Source: Chlorokybus atmophyticus (lineage: Eukaryota; Plantae; Mesostigma and Chlorokybus algae). Taken from it: a DNA stretch of 64,000 bases. Location of the stretch: the NCBI GenBank assembly GCA_009103225.1, contig RHPI01000638.1, positions 496,001 to 560,000 of the forward strand. Direction: 5' to 3'. Shown piece by piece: positions 24,283 to 38,918 of this stretch (the stretch's first letter is position 1; each line of letters begins with the position of its first letter). Under the pieces are notes generated by a model, which was given only the letters and a program-made list of their open reading frames with translations, was not told where the DNA came from and ran no database searches. A program made the translations under genes and the position numbers.

Positions 24283-24685
24283 TGATGCATGCATATGTAC
24301 ACATCTGGTATATATAGTAGAGGTAGGCATGTGCACTCACTTACAGTCTTATGTAAGAAATGGTCGGCGCAAGCTGCATCGCGGGCCCTCCGCCGACGCG
24401 TGGTCAGAGAGGCTAGGCTAACCGCGACGCCGGCGGAACGACGGCCGCCGCGCGAACAACCCGCCGGTCGCGACTCCGTGTGAGAGTGTCCTGCTCTAAC
24501 CTCCACAGCCCTCTTGCGGCGCATTCATGGTTCCGACTCCGGACATGTAGCACACTTCATAGCTAACCACGACTGATTACAGACTACGATCGACGATCTT
24601 GGCAATCTCGAGAGGACAATCTGATCCAACGGCGCGTGAGACGCAGCGAAGGGTGTTGCAACTTGCAAGCGGGTTGGGCCGCGCA

Positions 24686-24900
24686 ATCGCCCAATCAGCA
24701 CGCGACTGGTGTGTGGACTTATCCTGACAATGTTGCAGCTACTGGTGTGCCCTAACCGGTTACATTGATAAGGTTACCACTAACCGTCCATAAACAACAA
24801 TAAGAATGATTGCTGCGAAAACCTGGGCCCTAACTGGTTGAGCTGATAAGATTGACGTTAACCATTAGGCAGCTGATTTAACCAGCACTCACTAACCGAA
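24686..24900 (+). promoter_or_regulatory. Putative Lhca upstream regulatory region
   Basis: I-box-like GATAAG at 24767-24772 and 24845-24850, and CTAACC at 24752, 24780 and 24892, about 160-310 bp upstream of the ATG. These are short motif matches only. Confidence 0.3.
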
Positions 24901-25062
24901 TTCTGACTATGGTTAATGCCCAACACTGCCCTTGAGCGATAGACTAGTGTACTCGCTTGCTCAACACGAGCTGTGGGTAAAGGCGTGGTTGGCGGCGGCG
25001 TAGGTGTTGGTGTCGGTGTTGGTGGTCGCCATACCGGTGGAGGTGGAGCTACAGCCGGCGCA

Positions 25063-26468
25063 ATGGCAACCGCTGCTCAGACCGTCGCTGTCGTCCGTGT
25101 CACCGCAAGGTCAGTGCCCAACTTGTGTAGTCGTGAGTGGCCCTGGCATGGGCGGTGCCTGGAGCTGATCGACTCACATGCATGTACAGAAGCACAGTTG
25201 CGCCTGCGGCTGCTCCGGCACCACTTGCCGGCCGCCCCTCCTTCGTAACTGGCCGTGCATTGCGCCTGGCCGCCCCCAAGGCTGCCGCCCGCTCTGCCGT
25301 GTTCGTCACCAGGGCCGCTAACCGCGACCTGTGGTTCCCCGGTGGCGATGCGCCTGAGTGGCTGGATGGCAGGTACGTGTGCATCGCATGAAGCGGTTGC
25401 TTGCTGTGCCACCCACCGCCCCTTCAGTTCCGATTCGGTTGAGTTGGTTGGGACACGTAAGGAGACCTCACGTGACGTGTTGCTTGCTTGCTTTGCGCGC
25501 AGCCTTCCCGGCGACTACGGTTTTGATCCCCTTGGTCTTGGTAAGTAGTTTGTCAACTTATTGCTGAGATGGTCAAGAGCATTGTGGCCAAGTGTATGGG
25601 CTGATGGCGTATGCGTTTGCAGGCTCCGACCCTGAGCTGCTGAAGTGGTTCGCACAGGCAGAGCTGCAGAATGGCCGCTGGGCCATGCTCGGTGTTGCTG
25701 GTATCATGATCCCAGAGCTCCTGACCAAGGTGGGTTGTGTTTCACAAACAGTGGCAAGGCAGTCTAGTACGGGCCTGAAGCAACAACTCTTATGTGCAGT
25801 TCGGCATCCTCAACACCCCATCATGGAACGTTGCTGGTGCCGAGCCCTACTTCGCTCCCGCCAATACCCTCTTTGCCTCCATGGTTGGTAGCATTGGTTG
25901 ATGGTCTTTCGTTGCGCTGACTGTCACGCTCATGCAAGCATACTGCAGATGCTCTTCTTCGCGTGGGCTGAGGGCCGCCGCTGGGCAGACATCATCAACC
26001 CTGGCAGCGTGAACGAGGTAGGTTGACTGCAGATCTTGGTTCCTGACCTTGCAGATCGAGGTCTTGTTGTCACCATGGGTTTGGTTCCTCAAGCTAGCTC
26101 CTAACACCGTATGCATGCATGGACGCAGGATCCCATCTTCAAGGGCAACAAGGTCACAGGCAAGGATGTCGGCTACCCCGGCGGTCTGTGGTTCAACCCA
26201 CTAAACTACGCCAGCGACCCCAAGAGCGAGAAGGAGCTTCGGCTCAAGGAGATTAAGAACGGCAGGCTTGCCATGGTTGCCTTTGTTGGTTTCTGCGCCC
26301 AGGCCTATGCCACGGGCAAGGGCCCCATTGACAACCTCTTCCAGCACCTGTCGGACCCCTCACACAACACCGTTTTCCAGGTCAGTTTGCACTATGCCCA
26401 TATATTCATGACTTGACCGCAGCACGTGTCCTGATTGTGCTGTTACGCAGACCTTCTTCCACAAGTGA
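25063..26468 (+). CDS. Lhca2: Photosystem I light-harvesting chlorophyll a/b protein, Lhca2/Lhca6-like, 265-aa precursor; the family is certain, the paralog label is tentative
   Basis: Exons 25063-25109, 25190-25372, 25503-25540, 25623-25729, 25800-25883, 25949-26017, 26129-26380 and 26451-26468; all introns GT-AG; 798 nt with the frame open. Ala-rich transit peptide, then [79 protein letters not shown] and [13 protein letters not shown]. Confidence 0.97.
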
Positions 26469-27940
26469 GCAATATGCCCCTTCACATCCAGTCTACAGTT
26501 TGGCACGCAGAAGCTGTGGCGATGCAGTTTATGTGCGGCATTAGGTCTAGTACTCGTGCGGCTGAACATACCATGTACATGTTGACAATGGACATATAAC
26601 ACTGGACATATAATAGTGTTTTCTCTACCTGCGAGCTTCTTGTCATGTGTGCTTGTCTACACCGCTCTTCAGTCCGTGCTCCTCTACTTTACCCTGTGCA
26701 TGTGCTGGCCTGTGAGTGTATACAAGCGCCGCACTAGTAGCCCAAATGTGGCGTCGTATCACAGCTCCCATCCATTGTTGACATGGAGTTTGGTATGGCT
26801 CGTGACTAGCTTGGCATGTTGACGTATCAGCTACTGCAGGTACAAAAGTTGAATGACTGCGCATGTAGTACGGTATGGAGGTATGTGTATAAATGCTGCG
26901 GCATGCAACTAGCCAATCCATGAACTGTTTTTGCAAGATGAACTATAGGCACACACATTCCACATTGCCATGTGCATGCTTTTGCCATCAAGTCATGAAA
27001 TTGTTTGAAGTGCAGGGTTTTTGTTGCGCATGAGCATGGTGTTTAAACCAGCACCACTGGTATCCAGCTAGGCATGCACTGTTCTTGCAACATCGCCAAC
27101 ACAGGGGTGAATGGGGACGAGGCGTATCAACTTTTACAGCTTCATGCTATCAAGCTATGAAAGCAGGCAGGTCAACAGTGTTTTGCATCGTTTGCGACGC
27201 GACAGTGGCGGCGGCCGTGGTGTTTGGGCAGCTTCATAGTGCCATCGAACCCTCCGACATCCATCCGGTCAGCACCTCGCCACGAAAATTTCCTTCAAGA
27301 TTATAGCCTAGGCCTACTACTGCCTTCACCAAGGGCATTCTCAACTCCTGCCCTGCCCCTGCTTCCCCTCTCCGCCCATCTGCAACCCTCGGGTAGATAT
27401 CTCGTTCGCCATATGTTTTTGGCCTTGCGCTGCATATAAGCGTAATGATCGATATGCGACTGTTGGGTTGCCTGCCTCGCTTGTTTGAGCGCTAGCTATA
27501 TCACATAATTACTAACAACTTGTTGGATGAGAGTGTGTTCTTGCTTCCCATGCCCGCTCGCGTCTGTCTCTATTATTGACATACAAGCATTCGTTGTCAA
27601 TGCTGTCACCATACCTAACCGCCACCATGCCCCATCAGATACAATTAGCACACATCCCTACATACACCCTATCATGTGAAGCAAGCGCCGCGTCTGCCTT
27701 ACTAGTCGGAGGGCCTTTAGCAAGACCTCATCCCCCGGCACCGCAGCCACCGCCGCAGCTCCTCGCTCCAATATCGACTTTGCATGCGCCCGCTGCAAGG
27801 TGGATGCCACGCGCTGACGGCAGATGCGGACTCGAAGAGGGCTTCCGGCGCGTGCTGCAATTGTGTGACGCACCGCATCACCTCAATGCGCGGGGTGGAG
27901 CCACGCCGTCTAGAGGCTCATCCGCATCTGCCGTGGCTCC

Positions 27941-30900
<2,960 letters not shown>

Positions 30901-31439
30901 TCGTACAGTACATGCCGCACGCAGTAAATACAGATACCGTCTTGCAGCAACACAGCAAACATGTTTCGTGCACGCAACCACACCCATGCCCCGACAGGTG
31001 ACGGGACAGGTGGCATGTTGCGCGCAGCCGAAGAATAAATTGTACGTGCGGGAGCAGCGCGATCCCATCGTGTTGTACACAATGTACAATGTGAGGCCAA
31101 ACCTGCAGCCGTGATGCAGGTTTTGTCGCACAAGTAGCATGTTCCTCCCCACGGCTCCCCCATGCACATTTGGTCGTTGCCATTGCAAGCACGTCACGGC
31201 TTGCAGGCAACATGCGCCTATTACATTTTGTCGCGGGGTGCACAAAATGCAAAAGGAGTTTGTGGCTGCTTTATTAAATAGGGCGTCAACTGACATTGCT
31301 AAAGATGCCCGGCCCCACATTGGGCAGGGCACAGTGCAAAATTTGTGCCGCCATTAATAAACAATGCCCTTCCCACGATTGATTGCACTTTGCATCGCGC
31401 GCCATTACAGTTGTGAGTCTCTTGTGACGCGCGGTGCCA

Positions 31440-32140
31440 CACGCCCCTGCCGTTGGGGCAGGGGCAATTCTCGATGGCCAAACGATTGGTGAACCGTTGG
31501 CCACGGCAACGGTTTAACATAGCTGCCAATGGTTGCGCGCGTCTCAGCCAGTTGCTGAATCTGGTCAACTCAGCTTGCGCGGCAGCACGCTAATGGTTGT
31601 CACACTTTACGTGCCTAATATATCACAAGTATCATGTGGCATATATATTTGCGATCCCATTGTTCCCGCCTCACGGCAACACTGTGGTATGCAATGCACT
31701 AACACATTCATTTACTCCCTTGCGGGCTCTATATCCCCACCTGCTGCTGCCAATAGCGCGACCACCGACGCCACATCTTGTTCTGCTGTGCCTCTGGCAT
31801 TGAGGGGTAGGGGCAATCCTTGATTGACCAAACGATTGGTAATCATTGGCCACGGCAGCGGTTCAACGTGGCTGCTAATGGTTGTAAGCGTCTCAATCAA
31901 TCTAAACTTACTCAGCCCGCGCGGCAGCAAGCTAATGGCTGCTGTCACATTTTACGTGCGTAATAAGTCCCAAGCATCATGTTGTGTTGAGACTTAAGAC
32001 TCTTGTGTTTTCACCTCATGGCAACACTGTGGCATGCATTGCACTAGCACATTTGTTTGCTCCCTCGCGGGATCTTTCCCCCCGCCTATTGCTACCGATT
32101 GCGCAACCATCGGCACCACATTTTGTTTTGATGTTGCAGC
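31440..32140. repeat. Diverged tandem duplication with a period of about 350 bp
   Basis: Shared anchors GGGGCAAT..CCAAACGATTGGT..TTGGCCACGGCA..GCGCGGCAGCA.GCTAATGG..CACTGTGG.ATGCA occur twice, from about 31460 and about 31810. Confidence 0.75.
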
Positions 32141-32149
32141 TTGCCTCGT

Positions 32150-34070
32150 TGCTATTTGCCTCGATACAGCACGCGTTGTAATTATTGTGGCCTCTGTTGT
32201 TGGTATGCGCGACAGCGTTATAAATGTTGCTGCAACATGCGTTGCTGCTCTATGCGCTTATACTTGTAGCAATGGCACAGGTGCTATGGTTGCTGCAGCA
32301 CTAGTTGCTGCAAATATCAATAGTAGTCGATGTTAGCGTGACATCCGGTGCAGCCGACAGTACAGCTGACACCTGCGCATTGGTCACCGCCGTTGCCATC
32401 ACCGCAGGCGATACCGGTGCTGCAGTCGTTGCAAACAATGGTGCTGCTGCTGCCGCACTAGCAGTGCTTGCCATTATTAACATTGTTGCAAGCGATGTTA
32501 CAGCTGCAGCCGTTGCAGACAATGCTAGTGCTGCTGCTGGCGCAAATATCACGGTGGTCAGCGTTGGTGGTAGCGTCGCGGCCGTTGTAGTCGATGTGGG
32601 CTCTACATTGGCTGCAATGTGGGGCCCACATCGACTGGAGTGGAGCACATTGCACGATAGCCACAGCACCGGGTGTGGCTGGCGTTAAGTGCGGCATCAC
32701 TGGCATTATCATTTGCTGTGTCGCTCATGCTGCTCCGAGTGTTGCTATTGATGTTGTTGCCGACTCCACAACTTGTTGTGCCGCACTTGCTGCTCTGGGT
32801 GACATTACTGGCATTGCAGCTAACCTCACATTTTGTTGTACCCCACATGATGCTTCATGTGTGGTTGTTGGCGTTGTCACCAACCTCACACCCACAGCCT
32901 CAGCTGGTACTTTCGGTCCGGCCGCTGAACTGGCAATGGCGATAGTGCACACTGCTTCAAGTGTTGTTAATGGTTTCGTCATTGACCCCTCCCTCATAGC
33001 CTCCGTTAGCCCCTCCGGGCTGCCAAATATTGACAATGGCGTTGTGGTGGTTGGCAATGTCAATGCTGTGTGTGCAGCGTCCGCATGCCATGCTGATGCT
33101 ACAGCCATTGCAGATAATGCTGGTGCTGCTGCTAGCACAATGCTTTGCGTCGTTGACATTGTTGCAGGCAATGCTAGTGCTGCAGCCGTTGCAAACGTTG
33201 TTGGTGCTGCCTACCAGCCTAATACTTGACATCATTGACAATGTCGTAATCGATGATAATGCTGCATCCGTAGCACCAGATGCTGGCATTTGTGCTGGCT
33301 CTTAGACAGCTGATGTCGTGGACATGCGGGCTTGTTGCCAGCGCAGTAACCAATGAGTTCCTAACGCATGCCACTCTCGCAACCTAATATTGATGCGCTA
33401 ACGAAGCAGGTATTATCGGCGCTGGCTCCGCTCGATGCCTCTATCAGCGCCTATAACGCTGCGTGTGTTGTCGGTGTTGCTGTCGCTGCTGTCGCTGCTG
33501 TCGTTGCTGTAATGCAATTAATGGTGTTGGCAATGGGTTCGCCATCACTATTATTAGTTTTGGGCATCCCTCTACTACCGTGCCACTTGCGGGAGCAGCT
33601 GCTCTGGGCGCCGCACTCAGAGCCGATGGGGATCTGCCATGGTTGTTGCCGACACTACAGCCGATTATGGCGATGTTGCGGCTGCCGTTGCCTCTGCCGA
33701 TGCTGGCTTGATACATGGTGCTACTGCTGCTGTGCGAGGTGCCAATACTAATGGCGCTATCGCTGCACCTGCCTCGGCCGGCGCTGGCTGTATACAAGCC
33801 ATTGATACTATTGGTAATGGCGCTGCCGCTACAACTGATGCCGCCGCTGCTGGCGCTGTACATGCCGCTGCTGCTGCATCGAGGTGCCGGCGCCACTGGT
33901 AATGGTGCCGGCGCCACTGTTAATGGCGGGCCGCTGCTGTCTGCCGCTGCTGGCGGTGTACACATGCATGCTGCAGCGGCGGCACGAGGTGCTGTTACTA
34001 ATGGCGCGGCGGCACCACGCCAGTGTGCAAAGCAAAATATAGGCAACACAGTGTGTTGCCCATTGCCTTA
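32150..34070. repeat. GCT/GTT-rich low-complexity region (Ala/Val/Thr-rich short ORFs on both strands)
   Basis: Dense GCT/GTT/GCC triplets; no frame stays open beyond about 210 aa and no domain was recognised. Confidence 0.6.
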
Positions 34071-36189
34071 GTTGCTTATTTGCATGCAAATGCTTGATGT
34101 CAACTGACCCATATAGCTTGCTTGTCTTTGATAAATCAACTACTTCCCTATACTTCTTTGCTTGCTTACCCTCTTCAAGGTTTACTTTTCCACCATGCCG
34201 CACGCATCACACACAACCCTAGGTGCACACCTCAATTTTTGCAAGCGCCGCATCGGTTTTGGTAATGGGATGGTTTTGGGCCACCTGACCCTATTTGGGC
34301 ATCACGGCCATCGCCGCTGCTCCTCGCTTTAAGATTGCCGTTGCTTGTGCCCGCAGCAAGGCGCATGTCACACAATAATGGTGGATGAGGATGAATACAC
34401 AAGGTGTCATGGCTTCGCTCCTTTAAAGATAGCGATGCAGCCCGCGCACGAACTCAGCACATGCTGAAAGTTCTTGCCCAATGTGCCTTGTGTCTCCATT
34501 ATGAATGATGATCGTCAGCTAGTAGCAGGTATCTGTTTGCGGATGGTCCCCGTACTTGCGACACTTAGCTGCCTCCGCTACTGTGCCATAATGTGTATGG
34601 TGGTTGTTGGCAAGCTCGACCAACAACGTATCCCTGTCAGCAAGACGCAACTTGAACCCTACTACGTTACATTATTACATAGTGTTATGTCCATAAGGTT
34701 GGTAAAAATCATTCTTTGTCAGAGAGAATGATAGCCTGACCTTAACGTAAGGCTGACAACTTATGTTGGTTACTTAACCAACATAAGTATAAGACGGTCT
34801 TTTACTGTTTTGTAAGTTATATGAGTCGGGTACGCTTTTATGTAGGTCTGCTTTTGAGCCGATCGGGACTTGAGTATGATAAACCACACAAGGTATTGAT
34901 AAGGGCTAGCTCAGAGCGGGCAACCCACTGCGGGTCCGTGCCGATGGCATGTAAGGTTGCAGTATGGTACCGTAAGCTATGATATGATGTGACAGCTTTA
35001 GTAGAGTGAGCCCATAAAGCAAACCATAGGTTGGCTTGCAGAGTGCCGCTGAGTGACAATTTGAGTATTTAGTCAAGTGGTGAGCTTTAGCAAATAATAA
35101 GTACACATATACTTGACGTATGTTATCGCGATATATATTATAAAACAAATTGACAATCTCACGTGGGTTGCTATTCGTAGTGTGGAGTTTGAATAATTAT
35201 AAACCCTACACCAGAAAAGTGTTAGCTATTGCTGACGGGTCAGCGCACACCATTTAAGGCCATATGAGCCCAAAAAAAGTGTGTCTTGTCGGAGAGCAGC
35301 GAGGGTACAAGAGTTGAGTGGCAGCTGAGAATGGGCGTGAGGTGTGTGCATTGCTCGTCTTATTGTGTATGTGTGGGGTGCCTGGCTAGTAGCTGTTCGA
35401 AGGGGCTCTCCCCCTCATCCCTTACGGAGTGGGGTGGGGTGGGATGGAGGGGTGATTGTGCGTGTGTGTGTCTAGTGCTGAGCTGCGTAGAGAGGCTGGT
35501 GGTCACCCTCCCCTTCTTTTATGCTGAGCTGCTACGTCCCCTAGGCATACGCCACGCTGCACTGCTTGTGGATTTTCACTATACGTCCTTAATGCATGTG
35601 CATAAGTGCCAAGCCGATCAGCATACAAGTGAGGTGTTACATTGTTATATTGATGAACATCAATTCAAATAACTATTTTTTTTTTGTATCATATCCCGTG
35701 CTGCCACGCATCAATTGTGGTCAACCAAGGATGAGGTGAGTGATTAGCACGAGGTATGACAAGGGTTCAACGCCCACATATGATAGCCAAGGCTAGAGTA
35801 AGGTCAATGCAACCATAACAAGACAACAGAAAGCCTTGAATATAGTTATTATGGGTTTAAGGTTCAAAAGCGGGGGTACAAAGCGGGGGTACAAAGCGGG
35901 GGTACATGATAGGTTTTAACAAGTGTTGGGGCAGCACGGCATACCCGCCTCTTGTGTGTAGGGTGCTAGCTTTGATTATTTTAGGGGCTCTTTAAGAGGG
36001 CCACTCATCCCATATGAGGTGTGATGTTCGTGGCAATTGTGCACATATAGTGCGGGGAGGGGGGAAGTTGAGAGATTGGTGTCATTGTCTCCTTCCTTGG
36101 TGTGGTGTTGCGACTTCCTCTGCAAAGCGCTACACGCTCGGTGCTGGGACTTCCAGTTGGAAGTCTTAGCAGCTTGTGCATAACTTTGC

Positions 36190-36708
36190 CAATATTGCAA
36201 ACTTATTTACAACTCATGCTTCAAGCCGTGCAATAAGTAAGCTGCGGGGTCGCTATAGGTTGGTAGCTTGGTGGCTATGCCCAGCATCTAAGTGCATCAT
36301 TATACGAATGTACACGTGTATAGATTTAGGCTGGTCTATATAACAGTCCGCGCTAGGGGGCTAGGCTACAATTATAAAAACTACTTCTTACTACTTCTTT
36401 ACGGTAGGTGCGACAGTCACGCGCTTCTTTGATCTTCAATATGTCGCCGTGGCTGGCGGCGTGGAGGTCAAAGCTTGAGAAGCATGTACACCTGCACAGT
36501 AAACCACACTCGCCACCCACGCCAAAGATGGCGCCGCCGTGCTAGGGTTTCTAGCGACTAGATAAGGAGCTTGTGACTTACAACTCACGCCTAATAAGTG
36601 CTTGTGCCCCCCAAGTGCATAGGGCACTAGGGGCACAAGAGTCTAATAACTCATTAACAAACTCTTGAGTTTATGGGCATGCATTTCATGCGCTTCATGA
36701 ACACATAT
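36190..36708 (-). mobile_element. Solo terminal unit (A-spacer-B) of the DIRS-group family
   Basis: The reverse complement aligns with 44812-45313 (A repeat, spacer GAAGCGCGTGACT..GTAGCCTAGC..TAGCCACC, then B-like GCGACCCC). No ORFs or B1 adjoin the A start. Confidence 0.8.
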
Positions 36709-37298
36709 CAAGTGATACACGTCACAATGGACTTGTGGAACTTGTGTTTTTAGCCTTGCATGCTTGCCAATCAGCTTAGGCGCTTACTGCACCATGTGTG
36801 CATTGTATGCTTTGCTTGCACGCATCACATGATAATATTTTAAGCTATTTATGCATGGTAATTGGTAGTCCAAGCTGCATGCATGCACATTTGCATGCGT
36901 GGTATGGGCCATAATCTATGCTAATTGTGCATCGATTGTATGCTTACGCTGCACATGTACGGCCTTGCACACACCTTTGTGCTTAATGCTGCACCTGCCA
37001 CGCGTGCGTTTGAGTGCATTTGTTGCAGTGACCTCATTATGTGGTGTTGGTGCAACCCACTGTGGAATGGCCAAACAACATATGTATATAAAGGAGGTAT
37101 TTTGGGGCAGTGATCTTGCCAAGCCCACATTGGTTGCCACATTGTATGAGCAGATAGTAGGGTGACAACAACATGAGGTAACCACATATTAACGGCAGCG
37201 TTCAGATGACAAACCCAACCATGCCATCTCAAATGAGGGACATGTGGGTGCAACTTGATATGACTGCAAAGTGCATTATCGTTGTCGTGAAGCTCAGC

Positions 37299-37828
37299 TG
37301 TAACGGGAAGGTACATTGTTACCACAAATCGACCATAAAAGCACCAAGTCTTTTGTGGTCGAGTGGGCTGTGACATTGGTCATCGGAGCTTGGGACCCGG
37401 GTTCGATTCCTGCCTTGCACACGAATTCCGCGGTCGTTGTTTCTCGATCCAATAATCGTAAATGGTCACTTTATGAGTGCCATCATCGATGGGTCGCGAC
37501 CTGCCTAATGGCAGTCGCGCCGAAGTGACCTGACCAGTTCAGTCGGCGCGGCAGGGCGCGACCTGCCTATCGCGGCGACGCGACCTGTGGGGCCGGCAGC
37601 GGAGCGCTATGCGCGCGTTGACCGGTATGGGCCTATATTGGCCGGTCCTTGGCTGTGGGGCCGGTGACCGACCCTAACAGACCCCTTGGGTAATTCACCA
37701 GCTGACCGCGCAGCTGCCGAGGACGTCAGCGTTCTTAAGTGGGGGGGAATGTAACGGGAAGGTACATTAAATTACCACAAATCGACCATAAAAGCACCAA
37801 GTCTTTTGTGGTCGAGTGGGCTGTGACA
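37299..37828 (+). mobile_element. TRIM (terminal-repeat retrotransposon in miniature), 530 bp
   Basis: LTRs 37299-37375 (77 bp) and 37750-37828 (79 bp), TGTAAC...GTGACA; PBS-like TGGTCATCGGAGC at 37377-37389; PPT AAGTGGGGGGGAA at 37737-37749; TSD TCAGC at 37294-37298 and 37829-37833; non-coding interior. Confidence 0.93.
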
Positions 37829-38337
37829 TCAGCACTATAAAGGTGAGATAGGGTGCTCGGGGCCATGCTGTGATATATGAAAGGCATGAAGAAGCCATCA
37901 TGGTCTTTATTAATAGACATTGCCAATGGCTAGGTGCTTTATCAACACCAATAAGCAATGTGCTTTCAGCAACTTGATGTCACGCCATCTCAAATTATGC
38001 GACGGTACTGTGTTGGAGAACAAGGTGGCATTTGTAAATTGACCGCATATAGCAGGGCTATGCAAGCAAATGTGCTTCACTTAATGCGCCTTATGAGGAG
38101 TTGTAAAACATGCTAACGCACCATAAGAAGTGCAAGAGTAAGAGTGCGCACAATAGGAATGCATGCATTGCTGTGTTCGAGCATCTTGCGTGGCGAATTT
38201 GCCTTATCAAAGATTTGTTTACAATCATGAAGTGCTCAAGCATTTGCATAAGCAATTGATAACATGGTTGCCATATGGGAGCACGATATTGTCTCTGGGG
38301 AGTTGTGCACTTGTCCATGCGTGCCCAAGGTTGACAT

Positions 38338-38918
38338 GAGCTTATGAAGCGCATATAATGCACGCCCATGAACTCAAGAATATGTTGTAATGAGATATGA
38401 GACTCTTGTGTTAAATGTTATAGGTTGTTGAAAGTACAGATATTGGCGGCTCCTACATGTAGTTGGTACGATCAGCTTAATTATTATACTTACGGGAGTT
38501 ACGAGAGTTAGGAGAGTTACGGGAGTTACGGCAGTTATGGTCAACCATAGTCAACTTTCACTTTGACCGTTGACTTTGACCATTGACTAATGTTGACTAG
38601 TGTTGACTTTGACCAGAGTTGACTGGAGTTGACTAGTGCTTAGTAGCATAGTATATAAGACACTGTATACTGCTTAATACAATGGGTCGCGCATTATCTC
38701 TATAGTTGGCGTGCTTGCTGCACTTGTCCTTAGTGTGTGCACACTTGTATGTAAGAGGAATACACACACACTAGGCGCATCACTAGTTCTCAACATCTTG
38801 TGCCTCCAGTGATCTAAGCACGCACGGGGTAACAAGCATGCACTAGCTCATAATAATACTAATATGTGAGTCACAAGCTTTTTATTTGATTGCTTACAAC
38901 CCTAGCACGACGGCACCA
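38338..38918 (+). mobile_element. Old DIRS A-repeat remnant interrupted by a solo LTR
   Basis: ATGAAGCGCAT..CCCATGAACTCAAGAA..TATGAGACTCTTG|TGCC..GTGAGTCACAAGCT..ACCCTAGCACG is collinear with 39562-39740. Confidence 0.75.
38409..38795 (+). repeat. Solo LTR, family L1 (387 bp)
   Basis: TGTTAAATG...CTCAACA; TSD TCTTG at 38404-38408 and 38796-38800; same family as the LTR at 58262-58646. Confidence 0.93.

Noticed and set aside
35867-35905. Three tandem copies of AAAGCGGGGGTAC
   Set aside because: An ordinary short slippage repeat with no associated structure.
37349-37421. Possible tRNA gene (anticodon position TCG)
   Set aside because: No acceptor stem, a weak anticodon stem, A instead of U at position 33, and it overlaps the TRIM LTR and PBS. 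Kept only as a promoter-like finding.
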